A stretch of 64,000 nt of DNA, from positions 5,208,001-5,272,000 of the forward strand of contig OX597824.1 in assembly GCA_951406725.2 (NCBI GenBank). Direction: 5' to 3'. The DNA comes from Octopus vulgaris (Eukaryota). Below the pieces are notes generated by a model. That model was not told where the DNA came from. It worked only from the letters and a program-made list of their open reading frames with translations, and searched no databases. Position numbers and translations under genes: made by a program. Below are positions 13,457-26,831 of the stretch, one piece after another (the first letter of the stretch is position 1; every line of letters begins with the position of its first letter).

Positions 13457-14679
13457 CATATATATATATATACATATACGCGTACACACACACACACACA
13501 CACATATGTATATATGCCAGTATGAATGTGTGTGTGTATATGCGGGTGAATGTTTGCCACTGGTTATTTTGAATAGGGTCGATCGTCGCAACTGTTGGTG
13601 AGCGCTGCGTCATAGATCGTGAAATACGAACAAGCCGTGCTGGCGATCCGGTTTCAATTCCAGATACTTATGAACTAACTTTGCACTATTAATGATATCT
13701 GGAATGTCGCGAATGTCATAAATTTACATGACATGTCATAAATGATACATTAAAGATCGATATGTGATATTTTGTATGATACACAATATTTGACATCCTG
13801 AAATGGAAGACTTATGGAATGAGAGTAAAAGCAATACTAATAATTAATGATTTGTAGCACTGGAAAATGGTAAGATGAATTTCAAGGAATTCTCAGACTT
13901 GTACTTTTGGTATTTATGTTTTTGTCCTAGAGAAATAAATGAAAAATAATGCCAATGCAATACATACATACACACTTACATACAGTATATACATAATTAA
14001 TGATATCAGAGTTATAAAGATTTTAGAAGTATTTACTACCAGTGGCCTAGCGTATAGAAAAATTAGTCAATAGACTATATATTATTCATATGAAATACAG
14101 TGTACATTTAAACACATTAAGAGGTTTCCATCATAGGAATCCTTTACGCTAGAAAGAACAGCTAAAATCCAAACCACTAATTTTACAGTATATACATATA
14201 TAAATGTGTATGTATATATGTGTCTCTCTTTCTCTCTCTATATATATATGTTTGTGTGTGTGTAAGTATACATACATACATACATACATACATACACACA
14301 TACATATTTAACATAAGAATTTATCAAGTAGTTAGCGTGAAAAACCTCATAAGGGGAAAAAAATACTCCATCAATTTTTTCCTTTAAATTTATTTATTTA
14401 TATTAAATAGAGGGTACTATTACACATAGATGCCTCACGCTAGGAGGGACTAAATATGAATACATACGTACATATATACATATAAGCAATAACACTAATC
14501 GACTCGGGGAAAAGTCTGTCGTATAAAGCTTAAAGATACCAATTACGTGTTCTGTGTTTCTCACTGACAACAGCAACAACAATAACACCACCACCACCAC
14601 CACCACCACCGCCGCCACCACCACCACCACCACCGCCACCGACACCACTACCGCCGCCGCCGCCACAACAACAGCAACA

Positions 14680-14836
14680 ACAACGATTTCAATTTTGCTT
14701 GTTGAGAGATTACCAGGAGGGTTTAAAGCACTTGAGAGACTACTGAAAGTTTGTGGATACCTGAGGTTACAGGTGGTAATTCGCTACCCGCACAAATTAT
14801 ACCAGGAATAAAAACGAACCAGAGCAAAATTAATAT
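14680..14836 (+). mobile_element. Probable R4/Dong-like LINE 3' end
   Basis: Short unit ending directly in the (AAT)n array 14837-14953, the same layout as neighbouring Dong-like ends; protein motif is weak. Confidence 0.4.
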
Positions 14837-14877
14837 TAATAATAATGATAATAATAATAATGATAATAATAATAATG

Positions 14878-14947
<70 letters not shown>

Positions 14948-14959
14948 TAATAATACGAA

Positions 14960-15575
14960 TACAAAAGGAAACACGACAATGTGGCCAGATATGTGCACTG
15001 GCTGTTGTGCAGTGAAGCAAACCGCGAGAGAGCCAAACAATGGTATGAACACAAGCCAGAGGGAGTAATGGAAAACGAACATTACAAAATACTCTGGGAT
15101 TTTAACACGCAGTGCGATTAAGTCATAAAGGTGAGACGATCAGATATCGTGCTCATCCATAAAGATGAAAAAGAAGTAAAGATATTAGATGTTGCAATAC
15201 CAGGCGATTCGAGGGTGAAAGGTAAGGAAATGAAAAAGATTGAGAAATACCACCCTCTGTGGGACGCGATAGGAACGTTATGGGGCATGAGGAAAATAAT
15301 GGTGATACCGGTGGTAATTGGAGAGTTAGGAGCAGTTTCCAAGCCTTTGAAAAAACATATTAAGAATATTGGAGCTGCTGTCAGGCTCAGAGTGATCCAG
15401 AAGACAACATTGTTGGGTACAGCTCCGATTCTAAGGAGAGTATTGTCTCTTTGAGTCACAGGAGAAGGCTCTACTTGAAACCTTTGGTGATTTGTTATTG
15501 CCTGCTTTCAAGTAAAGAATATCCGGTAATTAAGAACTATCCGAGGGTCTTGAGGAATAGACAAAATAATAATAA
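14960..15575 (+). mobile_element. R4/Dong-like non-LTR retrotransposon, restriction-like endonuclease domain and 3' end
   Basis: KWYEHKPEGVMENEHYKILWDF...RRSDIVL...ILDVAIPGD...KIEKY...PVVIGELG...IQKTTLLGTAPILRRVL; flanked by (AAT)n on both sides. Confidence 0.9.
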
Positions 15576-16046
15576 TGATGATGAATATATGTATGCATAC
15601 ATACATACATATATGTGTATGGTGTATGTATGTATATATATATTTGTAAAAAATGAAGTTCGAAAATGCTGCTGTATTATACAATTTTTAATTTTTATAT
15701 ATACATTATAACATGTTTCAGTTCCTGAAATGAACCTTATCAAAAAAAGTTATATATAAAAAGAGACAGCTCATGCCGTCAAACACAAGAAATTCATTTA
15801 TAATACACAACGGAGTCAGACATCTTAGAGTTCATGTATAGTTGATATATAGTTTGAAGTATATGTTCAAAGTGTTCGATGCAGTGGCCCACGGTGGCGA
15901 TACGTATTCAATACAAAAAACAGATCAAAGTGGTGGAAAGCGGTCAATACAGAAGATTGATGTTTCCGAAAGAGCGAGGAATTCATTTTTACCTTAAGCA
16001 ATTGTGATGACCCATGGTGGAAGTTCGCTGGGTGGTTCTGTATATA

Positions 16047-16078
<32 letters not shown>

Positions 16079-16085
16079 AATATAA

Positions 16086-16203
<118 letters not shown>

Positions 16204-16242
16204 GTGTGTGTGTCTATTGAGACGTACAAGAATCAATATTTA

Positions 16243-16640
16243 CTAGTGGGACTCGTGGAAATTCCACAGAAGGAAAAAGATTTAAGATAAGCTATTTAAG
16301 AAAGATAGGGTCATTTGCATTTTTATTAACTTCCAGTCACAATAATATTTCTTATGATTTTAAAATGTCCCTCTGCTAAGCACTTTATGTTTCTCTCTTT
16401 CTCTCTACCTCTTCAACAAACTTTTTAACTATGCAATTCCCTTCTTCACGTCTTTAACATTTTTTCTCTCTCTTCACCTCCCACTTCCACTAACCACATG
16501 AGTAACAGCATAATGAAGCGGCTATCTGTTCTCTCACTCACTCTTACATTCCCTCTTCCTCTCTCTCACACCCTATATTCTCTTCTTCCTCATCTCTAAA
16601 AGCGTGAAGTGTGAACGAACAGGAAGATGAATATTATAGA
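16243..16640 (-). mobile_element. Non-autonomous Helitron, 398 bp
   Basis: Minus strand A|TCTATAATATT start (16640), gtggaa-t-ttccac hairpin (16255-16267), CTAG|T end (16243). Confidence 0.7.
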
Positions 16641-16704
16641 TTTAACTCAATGAAAAATACTTTCTTTATCAACACACCACCACCACACCACCACCAAGCC
16701 CACC

Positions 16705-16797
16705 CACAAGGCCTTGCCCAAAGTGCGACGCAGTAGGACTGAACCCGGAACCATGGTTGGAATGCAAACTTCTTACCACACAGCCACGTCTATGCCT
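16705..16797 (-). mobile_element. SINE family B head fragment
   Basis: ttgcccaaagtgcgacgcagtaggactgaacccggaacc...cttaccacacagccac. Confidence 0.8.
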
Positions 16798-16799
16798 AT

Positions 16800-17153
16800 C
16801 TGCCTTTCTTTAACATAATCACCAGAACATCATCCTCTGCTAAATATTGTATCCTAAACATCTCTCTCTCTTTTTACCTTTCCCTCCCCAACCTACAGCA
16901 CATCGTTAACACTTCTCTCTCCCTCTTTTCCCTCGCCGTCTTTTTCTCACTCACTTCGCGTCTGCTTTCAACTAACCACGTGACACATTTGGCTTTATTA
17001 TACGTCTTTCTTTACTTCTTCCTAACATTTCTTTTATACTCACCCTCCTCCCTTCTCTCTCTCACTTTTACTCCACCTTTCACTCACTTTACATCCACCT
17101 CTCTAATTAAATAAAGTATAACGGGCGAACGAACATGAAAATTATTATATAGA
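16800..17153 (-). mobile_element. Second related Helitron 5' portion
   Basis: A|TCTATATAATAAT start at 17153; shares gaacgaaca and actaaccac motifs and the pyrimidine-rich body with 16243-16640; no own CTAG end seen. Confidence 0.55.
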
Positions 17154-17703
17154 TGTATATGTATAACTCTACATATTTGTGTGTATATATATCAATGCAT
17201 GTGCGTCTTATGTGTGTGTGCGCGCACTTGCACGTACATGTGCGTGTGCGTGGTGTGTGTGTGTGTGTGTGCATATGAATAAATTTGCCATTGGCTTGAT
17301 AGGATGTGGTACTGCTGGAGATGGATACAAGTGGAAGATTAATCCATATAGCTACAAAAGTTATGATATTTTCGCTGCAGCTATAACTAATTTTTACATT
17401 GCTCTTATCGAAATACCTTGGGGTGTTAGTGATTGGTGACGAAATGTTTGCTTAGAAATTTATGGAAGTTTCTCTTGATATTGGATACTGCGTTCATACT
17501 AAGAATATAATTGAAGCAATTTATTTTTCTATTTATGATTGTCTCTGTGTTATATTTTTGTATGTATTTTATTATTTGGAATAGCTTCTTTTCTGCGTCG
17601 CATCCTGCTTATACGTAGCATAATTAAATGTTACTTTGTTGGTGAAAATTGTTAGGCATTCTTTTACTAATACTTCTGCCCAATATCTGTGTGGTTATAT
17701 GTA

Positions 17704-17962
17704 AAATATATAAACGCGCCCTTTTAAAGCCTAACCAAGCTCATGGGCCCAGTTTCCCGGTTTCAATGGCGTATGTGTTCCCCAGCTGGACAGGACACCA
17801 GTCCATCGCAGCGTTACTCATTTTAGCTAGCTGAGTGTACTGGAGCAATGTGAAATGAAGTGTTTTGCTCAAGAACACAACGCGTCGCCCGGTCCAGGAA
17901 TCGAAACCACAATCTTACGATCATGATGCTGACACCCTGACCACTAAGCCACGGGCCTCCAC
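17704..17962 (-). mobile_element. tRNA-derived SINE family E with 13-bp TSD
   Basis: A/B-box head and cttgagcaaaacactt core shared with family D, different tail; TSD gtggttatatgta at 17691-17703 and 17963-17975. Confidence 0.88.
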
Positions 17963-19059
17963 GTGGTTATATGTAGGTTATTAGAATTTCTAGTGATTAA
18001 TTATAATATTTCTTCCTTAGGTTTCCTGAAAAGATGGTGCTAACAAGCGTTTGAATCCAATGAGGATTCCCGTGGCAAGTTTTTAGTTAAATTCTAAAAA
18101 ACAAAAAAAGATTTAACTTTCGCGAGTTTTTGTATAAAATGGCTGATGAAGATAGAAGATTACCAGCATAGTATCTGTATACAAATACATACCTAAGGCG
18201 TTGAATTCACTTTGGAGCATTTCTGCAATGTGTGCCCCCAAACTCACACATTTTAGCTCAATCATATTGCCTTATATTCCCTTCTTTTCTCTTCCGTCCT
18301 CCTCTCTCTTTATATACAGGAAAGGAGAGCCGGGATGAAATAGCGAAATCAAAACAGAGAGAGCGAGAGATAAAAAAAAATGTGTGTGTGCAAGAGAAGT
18401 GGAGAGACATAATGGAAATAATAAGCAAATGTTTTCCTGTCGAGTAGGAAATATAAAAGGGAAAAACAATTATGACAAGCACAATGTTTGTCATTTTCAA
18501 TACAATGAAATAGAATTAATCTCCTTTCCAAAGAGATATTAGATAATTATATTGTGAAAGTGAAAGTACATAATATATTCATCATCATTACGAATCCTGC
18601 TTATCGTATCCCGTCGTCTCCATCGCCACCAGCACCAGCGAAGAAACAGCCCCACCAAAACCACCCACATCAACACTGCCACCACCACCATTAACATCAC
18701 CGCCGCCAACACTGTTGTCGTAGTCATCATTATCATCATCATCATCGTCATCGTCATCGTCGTCGTCGTCGTCGTCCTTGTCGTCATCAAGTAGCTCCAA
18801 TAAACCAAAAACCGAGCAAAAAAGTAAAAAAGCCCTAAACAAAAGCACAACAACCACATTTGAAAAAAGAGCAACAAGCTTAATAAAGACATTGAAAAAC
18901 TATTCATAAACAAACAGAAAAATAAAGATTGTAGCGATATTAATTAATTTCTAATAACAAAAACAAAATCGTTACAACGTTGGAGATGTTTCTAATGATA
19001 ATAAATGATGATAAAAATTGGATGACAACGATGATTCTAATTTTTGACGCAAGACCAGA

Positions 19060-19252
19060 AATTCCGAGAGGAGGGGCGAGTCAATGGCATCGAATCCAAC
19101 TCTCAATTGGGAATTTATTTCATTCACCTCGAAAGGATGAAAGACAAAGTTTACTTCGGTGTAATTTGAACTCAGAACATGAAGAATCGGAAGAAATACC
19201 ACCAGGCAATTTTTCCTGATGCTCTAACGATTCTACCAACTCGGTGCCTTCA
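19060..19252 (-). mobile_element. SINE family A, diverged
   Basis: gaaaggatgaaagacaaag...aatttgaactcagaac...ttctaccaactcggtgcctt. Confidence 0.7.
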
Positions 19253-19319
19253 TAGAATTAGTAATTTTTTCTGCTATATTAAGGCGGCGAGGTGGCCGAA
19301 ACGTTAGCGCTTGGAAGTA

Positions 19320-19517
19320 TCAGCCATCGAAAACCATCATGGCTGAAAAAGACTGGTGCAAGTGTGGAGGTAGAACACTTACAAAAGTCAGCATTGCTTG
19401 GAACTACAAGAGTTATTCGCAGGGTTTTTGAAGCATGACCAATAACAAGTGTCACCTTAGTCTGCTGGCTGCAGACAGCTGACATAACCAGCAATATAAG
19501 CTTTGAGTCTTTTATAC

Positions 19518-19520
<3 letters not shown>
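19320..19520 (+). mobile_element. R4/Dong-like LINE 3' end
   Basis: WLKKTGASVEVEHLQKSALLGTTRVIRRVFEA*, followed by (AAT)n. Confidence 0.8.
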
Positions 19521-19561
<41 letters not shown>

Positions 19562-19566
19562 TAATA

Positions 19567-19613
<47 letters not shown>

Positions 19614-19623
19614 AATAATGATG

Positions 19624-19676
<53 letters not shown>

Positions 19677-19677
<1 letters not shown>

Positions 19678-20016
19678 GATTGCTACCTAACTCAGATACC
19701 AGGAAACCCAAAAAATGGCAGAAATTCAAAAGATAGTGCTCATGGGAACTGCTCATATCCTACGCAAAATACTTTCTATGTAATCTCAAGGTTTAAAACA
19801 AACATAATTTTCGGGTTTTTTTTTAGACATTCACTAGTACAATACCAAAAAAAAAAAAGAAATATATGGCACACTAGGCATAACAACAACATGAACTTCC
19901 AACCTGTTGTCTCTTGAGGTATCTGGGTGAGACTTGGAGCCAACTTGTACACATATAAAGCAAAAGTCAAACATAGAATAATAATAATAATAGTAATAAT
20001 AATAATAATAATAATA
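19677..20016 (+). mobile_element. R4/Dong-like LINE 3' end (different family)
   Basis: YLTQIPGNPK.AEIQKIVLMGTAHILRKILSM*, 3' UTR, then (AAT)n. Confidence 0.8.
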
Positions 20017-20772
20017 ATAGATTCTGATTGTGGCTGAGGCCGGCAGATTTGAGGGTATATGGTTAGTTAGTTAAGTCGATCCAAGTACTCCATTAATATT
20101 TTGTTTTGTCGACCCCTGAGGGAGACAAAGCAAAGTTGGCTTCAGCGGAATTTGAACTCAGAATTTAGTGCCAGAACGAAATAGTGCTAAGTATTTTGTC
20201 TGACTCTCCCCACCTGAAATGACGACAACGACAACGGACAGAATGTTTTCTCGTAGGATTGTTTCAGAAAATCCTATGAGAAAACGAGTAAAAGAGAGAA
20301 CAAAATCTCCTTCAACCTCTTATCTATAAACATTTGCCGAAGAGATGATTTATGAATAAATTTCAAATCATAAATCAATACCACAATACATTGTAAGACA
20401 CGAATGAAGAATCGAAAACAGCAAAAGAAAAAAGAAAAAAAAACAGGGAAAAATACAAATCGAAAAACACCAAAAACAGAGTCAACGTAAATACTTGTGT
20501 AAAAGTAAAGATTGCTTCATTGATATTCATTTCTGTTTTTTTTTTAATCTTTTTTTTTTCGGTTTTGTTTTTCAGTTCTTTTTTTATCATGTCACAATCA
20601 CTCTAAGTAAATTAACATCTAAAAGCTTACCACAAAATTTTCTACTTCATTCAGATATCAGAACCGCTTGATCGCAGTTATTGATGTATTCTTTTCAACA
20701 TTTAAAAATATAAGTCAAGACACTTAAATTATTGAGATATTTAACAAAGAACTTCACCTATCAATCCATCCT

Positions 20773-20822
<50 letters not shown>

Positions 20823-21234
20823 TTTCTTTCTTTTTTTCTTTCTTTCTTTCTTGCTTTCTTGCTATCTATCTATCTATCTTTCTGTCTGTCTACCTATCTA
20901 ACTACATATACACATATCCACACATTATGCGTACATACATACATATATATACATGCATTCATACATGCATGTATACATATAGATATGTATGTATGTGTGT
21001 GCATGAATATTTATTTCACATTGATAGTTTCATTCCATGAAGTTTTTCCACCAGTTTGAATATGCCAATGCATGTATTTGTGTTTGAGAGGATGGAGGGA
21101 GGGCGTGAGAATGCGTTGGCGTCTCTGTAAAAATATTAACTTGTTTCGCAAAGGGCAGTTTTACAAGCAGTTTGTGCGTGATTGTGTGTACGTTTGTATG
21201 TTTATGTTTATATGTATGTATATGATTATGGATG

Positions 21235-21282
<48 letters not shown>

Positions 21283-21321
21283 CATACATAATGACTCTCC
21301 CGAGACACAACAATCCGAATT

Positions 21322-21440
21322 TCTTGGGGTTAGTAGCTCCCACTACGCCATATGCCCACGGGCATATGGCGTAGTGGTTAAGAGCGTGGGCTACTAACCC
21401 CAAGATTCCAATTTCGATTCCAGGCAGTGACCTGAATAAT

Positions 21441-21480
<40 letters not shown>

Positions 21481-21729
21481 GCAACAACAACAACAACAAC
21501 GACAACAACAATAATAATAATAATAATAATAACAACAACAACATCGAAAAATACCTTAGGAATGAGAACCCAGGTTCATCAGCTGTCCCCACCACACCTG
21601 ATGAAGAAGGCTGGAGGCTATATCAGCCGAAATGTTGTGTTAAAAACAAACAAGATTGAGGACAAATATCCGTCAATTGTAAATAATGTAAATAACGTAC
21701 ACAATTCCTCATCTCTTATATATAGAACT
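21322..21729 (+). mobile_element. tRNA-headed element with inverted 5' duplication, (AAC/AAT)n spacer, HHR and PLE-like tail
   Basis: A box tggcgtagtgg (21367-21377), B-box-like tttcgattcc, palindrome centred at 21358-21359, HHR at 21594-21640; second partial copy at 32011-32151 on the minus strand. Confidence 0.8.
21594..21640 (+). ncRNA. Minimal type I hammerhead ribozyme motif (C3-G8 core), mutated
   Basis: acac-CUGAUGA-agaa-ggcug(loop)cagcc-GAAA-ug-UU-gugu. Confidence 0.7.
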
Positions 21730-22007
21730 CACATATAGATGCATATGTATTTATGTACACGTACACACACATACTGATATCGTTAATTTTCGAACAGGAA
21801 TATATTAATTATGCATACACAAATCACACGTGATTAATTGAGTCATTTTCAACGGAAATAAAAAAAAAAAAAAGGAATGACCGTATGCGTAAATTAGAAA
21901 CAGTCACTGCAACAACTTCCACAATATTGCATTACATTGAATGGTAGAATAATTAGTGGCAGTCATTAATTATTCCATATTTCTCATTACTTGTTAATGA
22001 AGAAGTC

Positions 22008-22028
22008 TGCATCTATCTATCTACCTAC

Positions 22029-22118
<90 letters not shown>

Positions 22119-22200
22119 GTGTGTCTGTCTTTCTGTTTGACTGTGTGTCTGTCTGTTTGTCTGTCTGTCTGTTTGTCTGCCTGCCCGTCTGTCTGTCGAT
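22008..22200. repeat. (TATC)n then (TGTC)n microsatellite
   Basis: Direct reading. Confidence 0.95.
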
Positions 22201-23934
22201 GTGTCTGTATTTTCTCCATAGATAAGAACCCATACATACTTTTAAAAATTATTTAGAATCATAAATATTCAGTATATGTCCTACCTCATATACATTTCCA
22301 GGAGATGTATTATATAAACACCGGGCCAAACTTATACGAATATTTAGATACACACACACACACACAGACAATCTGTCAGACAGGCAGACACACACACATA
22401 ACGTGCACTCAGACACATACGTTAGTTGTAACGAATGGAAAAACGATACCCTTTAGCAGATGCAATTTGAAAAATAAAACCCGTTTAACAGGAGGCACAA
22501 GTCACTGGCTACTTTTGTTTTAAGCAGCGACGTAATTTTGCAGGAAGGATATTTCAGTCAAGAGTTCTTAATTGTGGTGAATGGAAACAGCAAAATCGGC
22601 CATTTGCATCTTTATTGAGGAACATAGGTTTTCGTTGGAGTGATATCAATTTTGTGCTGATGTGGATTCGGAGAGGGAACGCTCTATGGATTGCTTGACT
22701 GGGTAAGGACCATAAATAGAAGGCGGTTTTGAAGAAAGGAATACAACGAAGAATCTGTTGAACATTAAAGCAGGAAAATTCGTTCGTTCACAATTAGTCT
22801 TTGATTCTGTTATCTCCACCCGTATATGGTTATACCCTAACGTCATAGATAGACAGGACCCCTAATTCCATTCAGGAGTGATGGATTCCGACTTTTCTAT
22901 GACTTTCAGGTGTTTGAACCCCCAGTATTTTGAAGGAATCACCCCACCGAGCTTGCCGTAGTGTATCGACGAACAAGCAAAACAAATACAATGAGTATGT
23001 GTGGTCGATATTGTTTACAACACTAGCGCTGCTTGAAATTCATTATTTGAATTTATTCTTCCGTAATAATCGTCGTGGCATACCAGTAAATGGATTTTGC
23101 ACTATTTGTATAGAGTCATAGAATGGCGATTCCGCTCGCCCCTGTTCGATGCAGAAATGTGTTGTTGAAAAGGCACAAAAATGGTGAAATAACGGTATAA
23201 ATTACTCCTGAATGGGATTAGAGGCAAGATGTATCGATTGTCTATAACTTTCAGCTGTTTTAAGACCCATCGCTTTGAGGGAGTCAGCCCCCACCACGCT
23301 AAATTGTTGCGTACCGGTGAACAAACGAAACACATACATTGAATATGTACGGTCAATAATATATATATATATATATATATATTTGTGTATGTGTATGTGT
23401 GTGTGTGTGTCTGTGTGTGTATGTGTGTGTGTATATGAGTGTGTGTGTATACATACATGCAAGCGCGCACACATATTTCATAGAAGCACATTATGGTCAA
23501 ACGGCGAAGTGTTTTATTCTGCAAAGCCGCTGATCAGCCTATGCATTGTAAATGAAATTAGGTCCATGAAAACTGTACTGAAGATTCTATCTTTAATTCG
23601 AAATGTGACACTATTTCATGCTAGTTCTGCCTAAAAATCACATTCAATGTTCACGTATCTGTGGAATCCTCAATCCTTTACAATTTAATCTTTCGCCGAG
23701 GAGAGTACAGTCGCGCAATCAACTAAATTACTAATTCCTGCATTAAATTATCAACTCCTGCATCACCATGACAACCTCCACCATCTCCCACGACCACATG
23801 TAGATACACATGTGGGGACACACTTACCAATCCACCATACATACATACATACATATGGGGTTTAAAACATTACTTCACAGTACAGTTACTACTTTAATCT
23901 GTCAGAGATTATCAAACTAGCTTTTTTTGTTTGT

Positions 23935-24278
<344 letters not shown>

Positions 24279-24632
24279 CCTAATTCCTGTTTTATGACTA
24301 CCGCATTGGGAGATACTTCTGAATTCTAATTTTTGTTTTCTGGCCATCAGTTTGTTGTTTGTTTGCTATTTATAGACCAGTGTGCAAGCAAGTAGAAATA
24401 AGTAAAACTAGAAAAGCACTCGGAGAGCGCAGATCCCAGCTAAGCAGTTCATTTCCACCAATATACACGCATGCTGAAAATCGCCCAATGTCCCAAACCA
24501 ACGCCGGCAAAAACATAACCTCCTTCCTTGGCGGATGTAATAAGTTAAGAAAAATATATATTCAGTTCTCAGAAACAATTGTTGTGATTAATAATAAATT
24601 CTCGTATATTCCATCTTCCGTCTTTCATTTGC

Positions 24633-24678
<46 letters not shown>

Positions 24679-24726
24679 CACGGCGGTGCTCCAGCATGGC
24701 CACACCTCTAAAGCGAAACTACAAAA

Positions 24727-24764
<38 letters not shown>

Positions 24765-24768
<4 letters not shown>

Positions 24769-25158
24769 ATAAATATTAGGGAATAAATCCAAATTTACAG
24801 GAAAAATCAGATTTAGGATTAAATCCAATTTTATAGTAAAATATTATAAAATATTATTAGAGACAAACCACTATTTTGCAAAACAAACAAGGAAAGACTT
24901 AATCAATACATAAAATTTTAATAAATAGTCAAAAACCGCCACTACAATTATTTCTTGTCTTGATCGACAATCTTCAGTGGACTTCCAATATATCAGTTTC
25001 GAAACTGATATATTGGAAGTCCACCTGAAGATTGTCGATCAAGACAAGAAATAATTGTAGTGGCGGTTTTTTTGACTATTTATTAAATTTTATGTATTGA
25101 TTAAGTCTTTCTTGTTTGTTTTGCAAAATAGTGGTTTTGTCTCTAATAATATTTTATA
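24765..25158. mobile_element. Spacer-less palindrome (arms about 156 bp), PLE inverted pseudo-LTR pair in (TA)n
   Basis: Centre ...tatcagtttc|gaaactgata... at 25000/25001; arms 24845-25000 and 25001-25158; the minus-strand copy extends to about 24765. Confidence 0.85.
25021..25063 (+). ncRNA. Type I hammerhead ribozyme motif (C3-G8 core)
   Basis: ccac-CUGAAGA-uuguc(gaucaa)gacaa-GAAA-uaauug-UA-gugg; mirrored on the minus strand in the left arm. Confidence 0.8.
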
Positions 25159-25177
25159 TATATATATATATATATAT

Positions 25178-25360
25178 GTAGTTGAAATTTATAGAAAAAC
25201 AAAAGACGAAGACAGGTGTCTGAACAACAAGTAAGTGTAATAGTGTTTTACATTTCGAGCCTACGCTCTTCAGCAGATAGGAATAAGAGAAAATAGACTC
25301 AGAGACAATGAAAAAAAAAACTTGTAGATTTCAACGGTCCAGCATGGTGAATGATTGGAT
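25178..25360 (-). mobile_element. PLE-type tail with HHR-like motif (A6C)
   Basis: Minus strand about 25280-25246: CUGCUGA-a-gagc(guag)gcuc-GAAA-ug-UA; stem I is degenerate; 3' end abuts (TA)n. Confidence 0.55.
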
Positions 25361-26831
25361 AAAAAAGGAGGTTGAAAGAAAGGAAGATAAAAAAAAAAAA
25401 GAAAAAAAGAAGACAAATGAAAGCGAGACAATAAAGAGATCCGAACAAGAGAAGGTGCGCTTGCGTGTATGTGGGTGTGTTTGAGTGTGTGCATGTGACA
25501 CGAGTGTGTGTGTGTGTGTGTGTGACCACACAGTGTGCATATGTATAGTAAATACATGTGGGCGGATACACACACACACACACATATATATACATACACA
25601 CACACACATATATATACCCTGTGTGTATATATAAGCCCACATGTATGTATAAATTCCTAGTATATTCCTTCTCTTTATGCTCGCACTTAATATGTATATG
25701 TAATCATTCATAACTTTTAATATAGGCGTATAGATTAAGCACATAAATACTTATACACACACACACAAACACCCACACAAACACCCACACACACACATAT
25801 ATATACACACTTACATACCCACACGCACAGATATATGTATGCACACTTTGATACGTCTGCAAACACACAGAAACAGCACGGCATCTACGCTTCTGAATGT
25901 AAACCCAGGCACCTTCGTGTATGTGTTAAGTATATGCAGTGTGAAAATCTGTGGATTTATTGATATTTGTATAGGAATGTTGTGTCATAACTACACTGTC
26001 TATTGCACAGTTTGATAAAAATTCACGCAAAAATATTCGATTCCCAATAGGAATAGGAAGCAGAAAGATTCCTGGAGGCTAAGCAGAATGTTAGCATTCA
26101 TAATATTGTATTGAACCTAGAGAAATATCATGATGACATTTAATTATTCTCTATTAAGTCTTGCAACCTTTATAAAGAAAATTAAATCTTGCAGGGCATG
26201 ACACAAACCGAACCAGATAATTCGCACTAACATTATTTTGGTTTCTTAGAGTTTTGAAAGTTAATTTTCATTCTCCTCACGGCTTTGGGATCGAATTTAT
26301 ATTTTTAATCATTATTATTGCCAGTATATAAACCAGTATTTTGTTAGAGAATTCCTTATTACATTAGCTGATGCATACATACATACATACATACATACAT
26401 ACATACATACATACATACATACATACATACATTCATACATACATACATACATTCATACATACATACATACATACATACATACATACATACATACATACAT
26501 ACATACATACATACATACGTATATATTGTATGTATATATATGTTTGTATATGCGGATATCTCATAATGTAAGGGCTGCAAAATTATATATATATATAAAT
26601 ACATATTACGTATGGTGCAAACATGTTTCTTATAGAACTCACTATGACGAGGCAGAGTTGGCAGGTATGTTTATTTTACCAAAAGTAATCTTCTTCTCCG
26701 TTCTACTTGAGTTTCGTGACAGTTGTAATCAACCGAGGGAAAAACTTTAGAAGTCTCTAATATTCAACATGTCGAAAACTCACGGGAATCATAATAAAAC
26801 ATTTGAAAGTTTCCGAAAAATAATTCACAAT

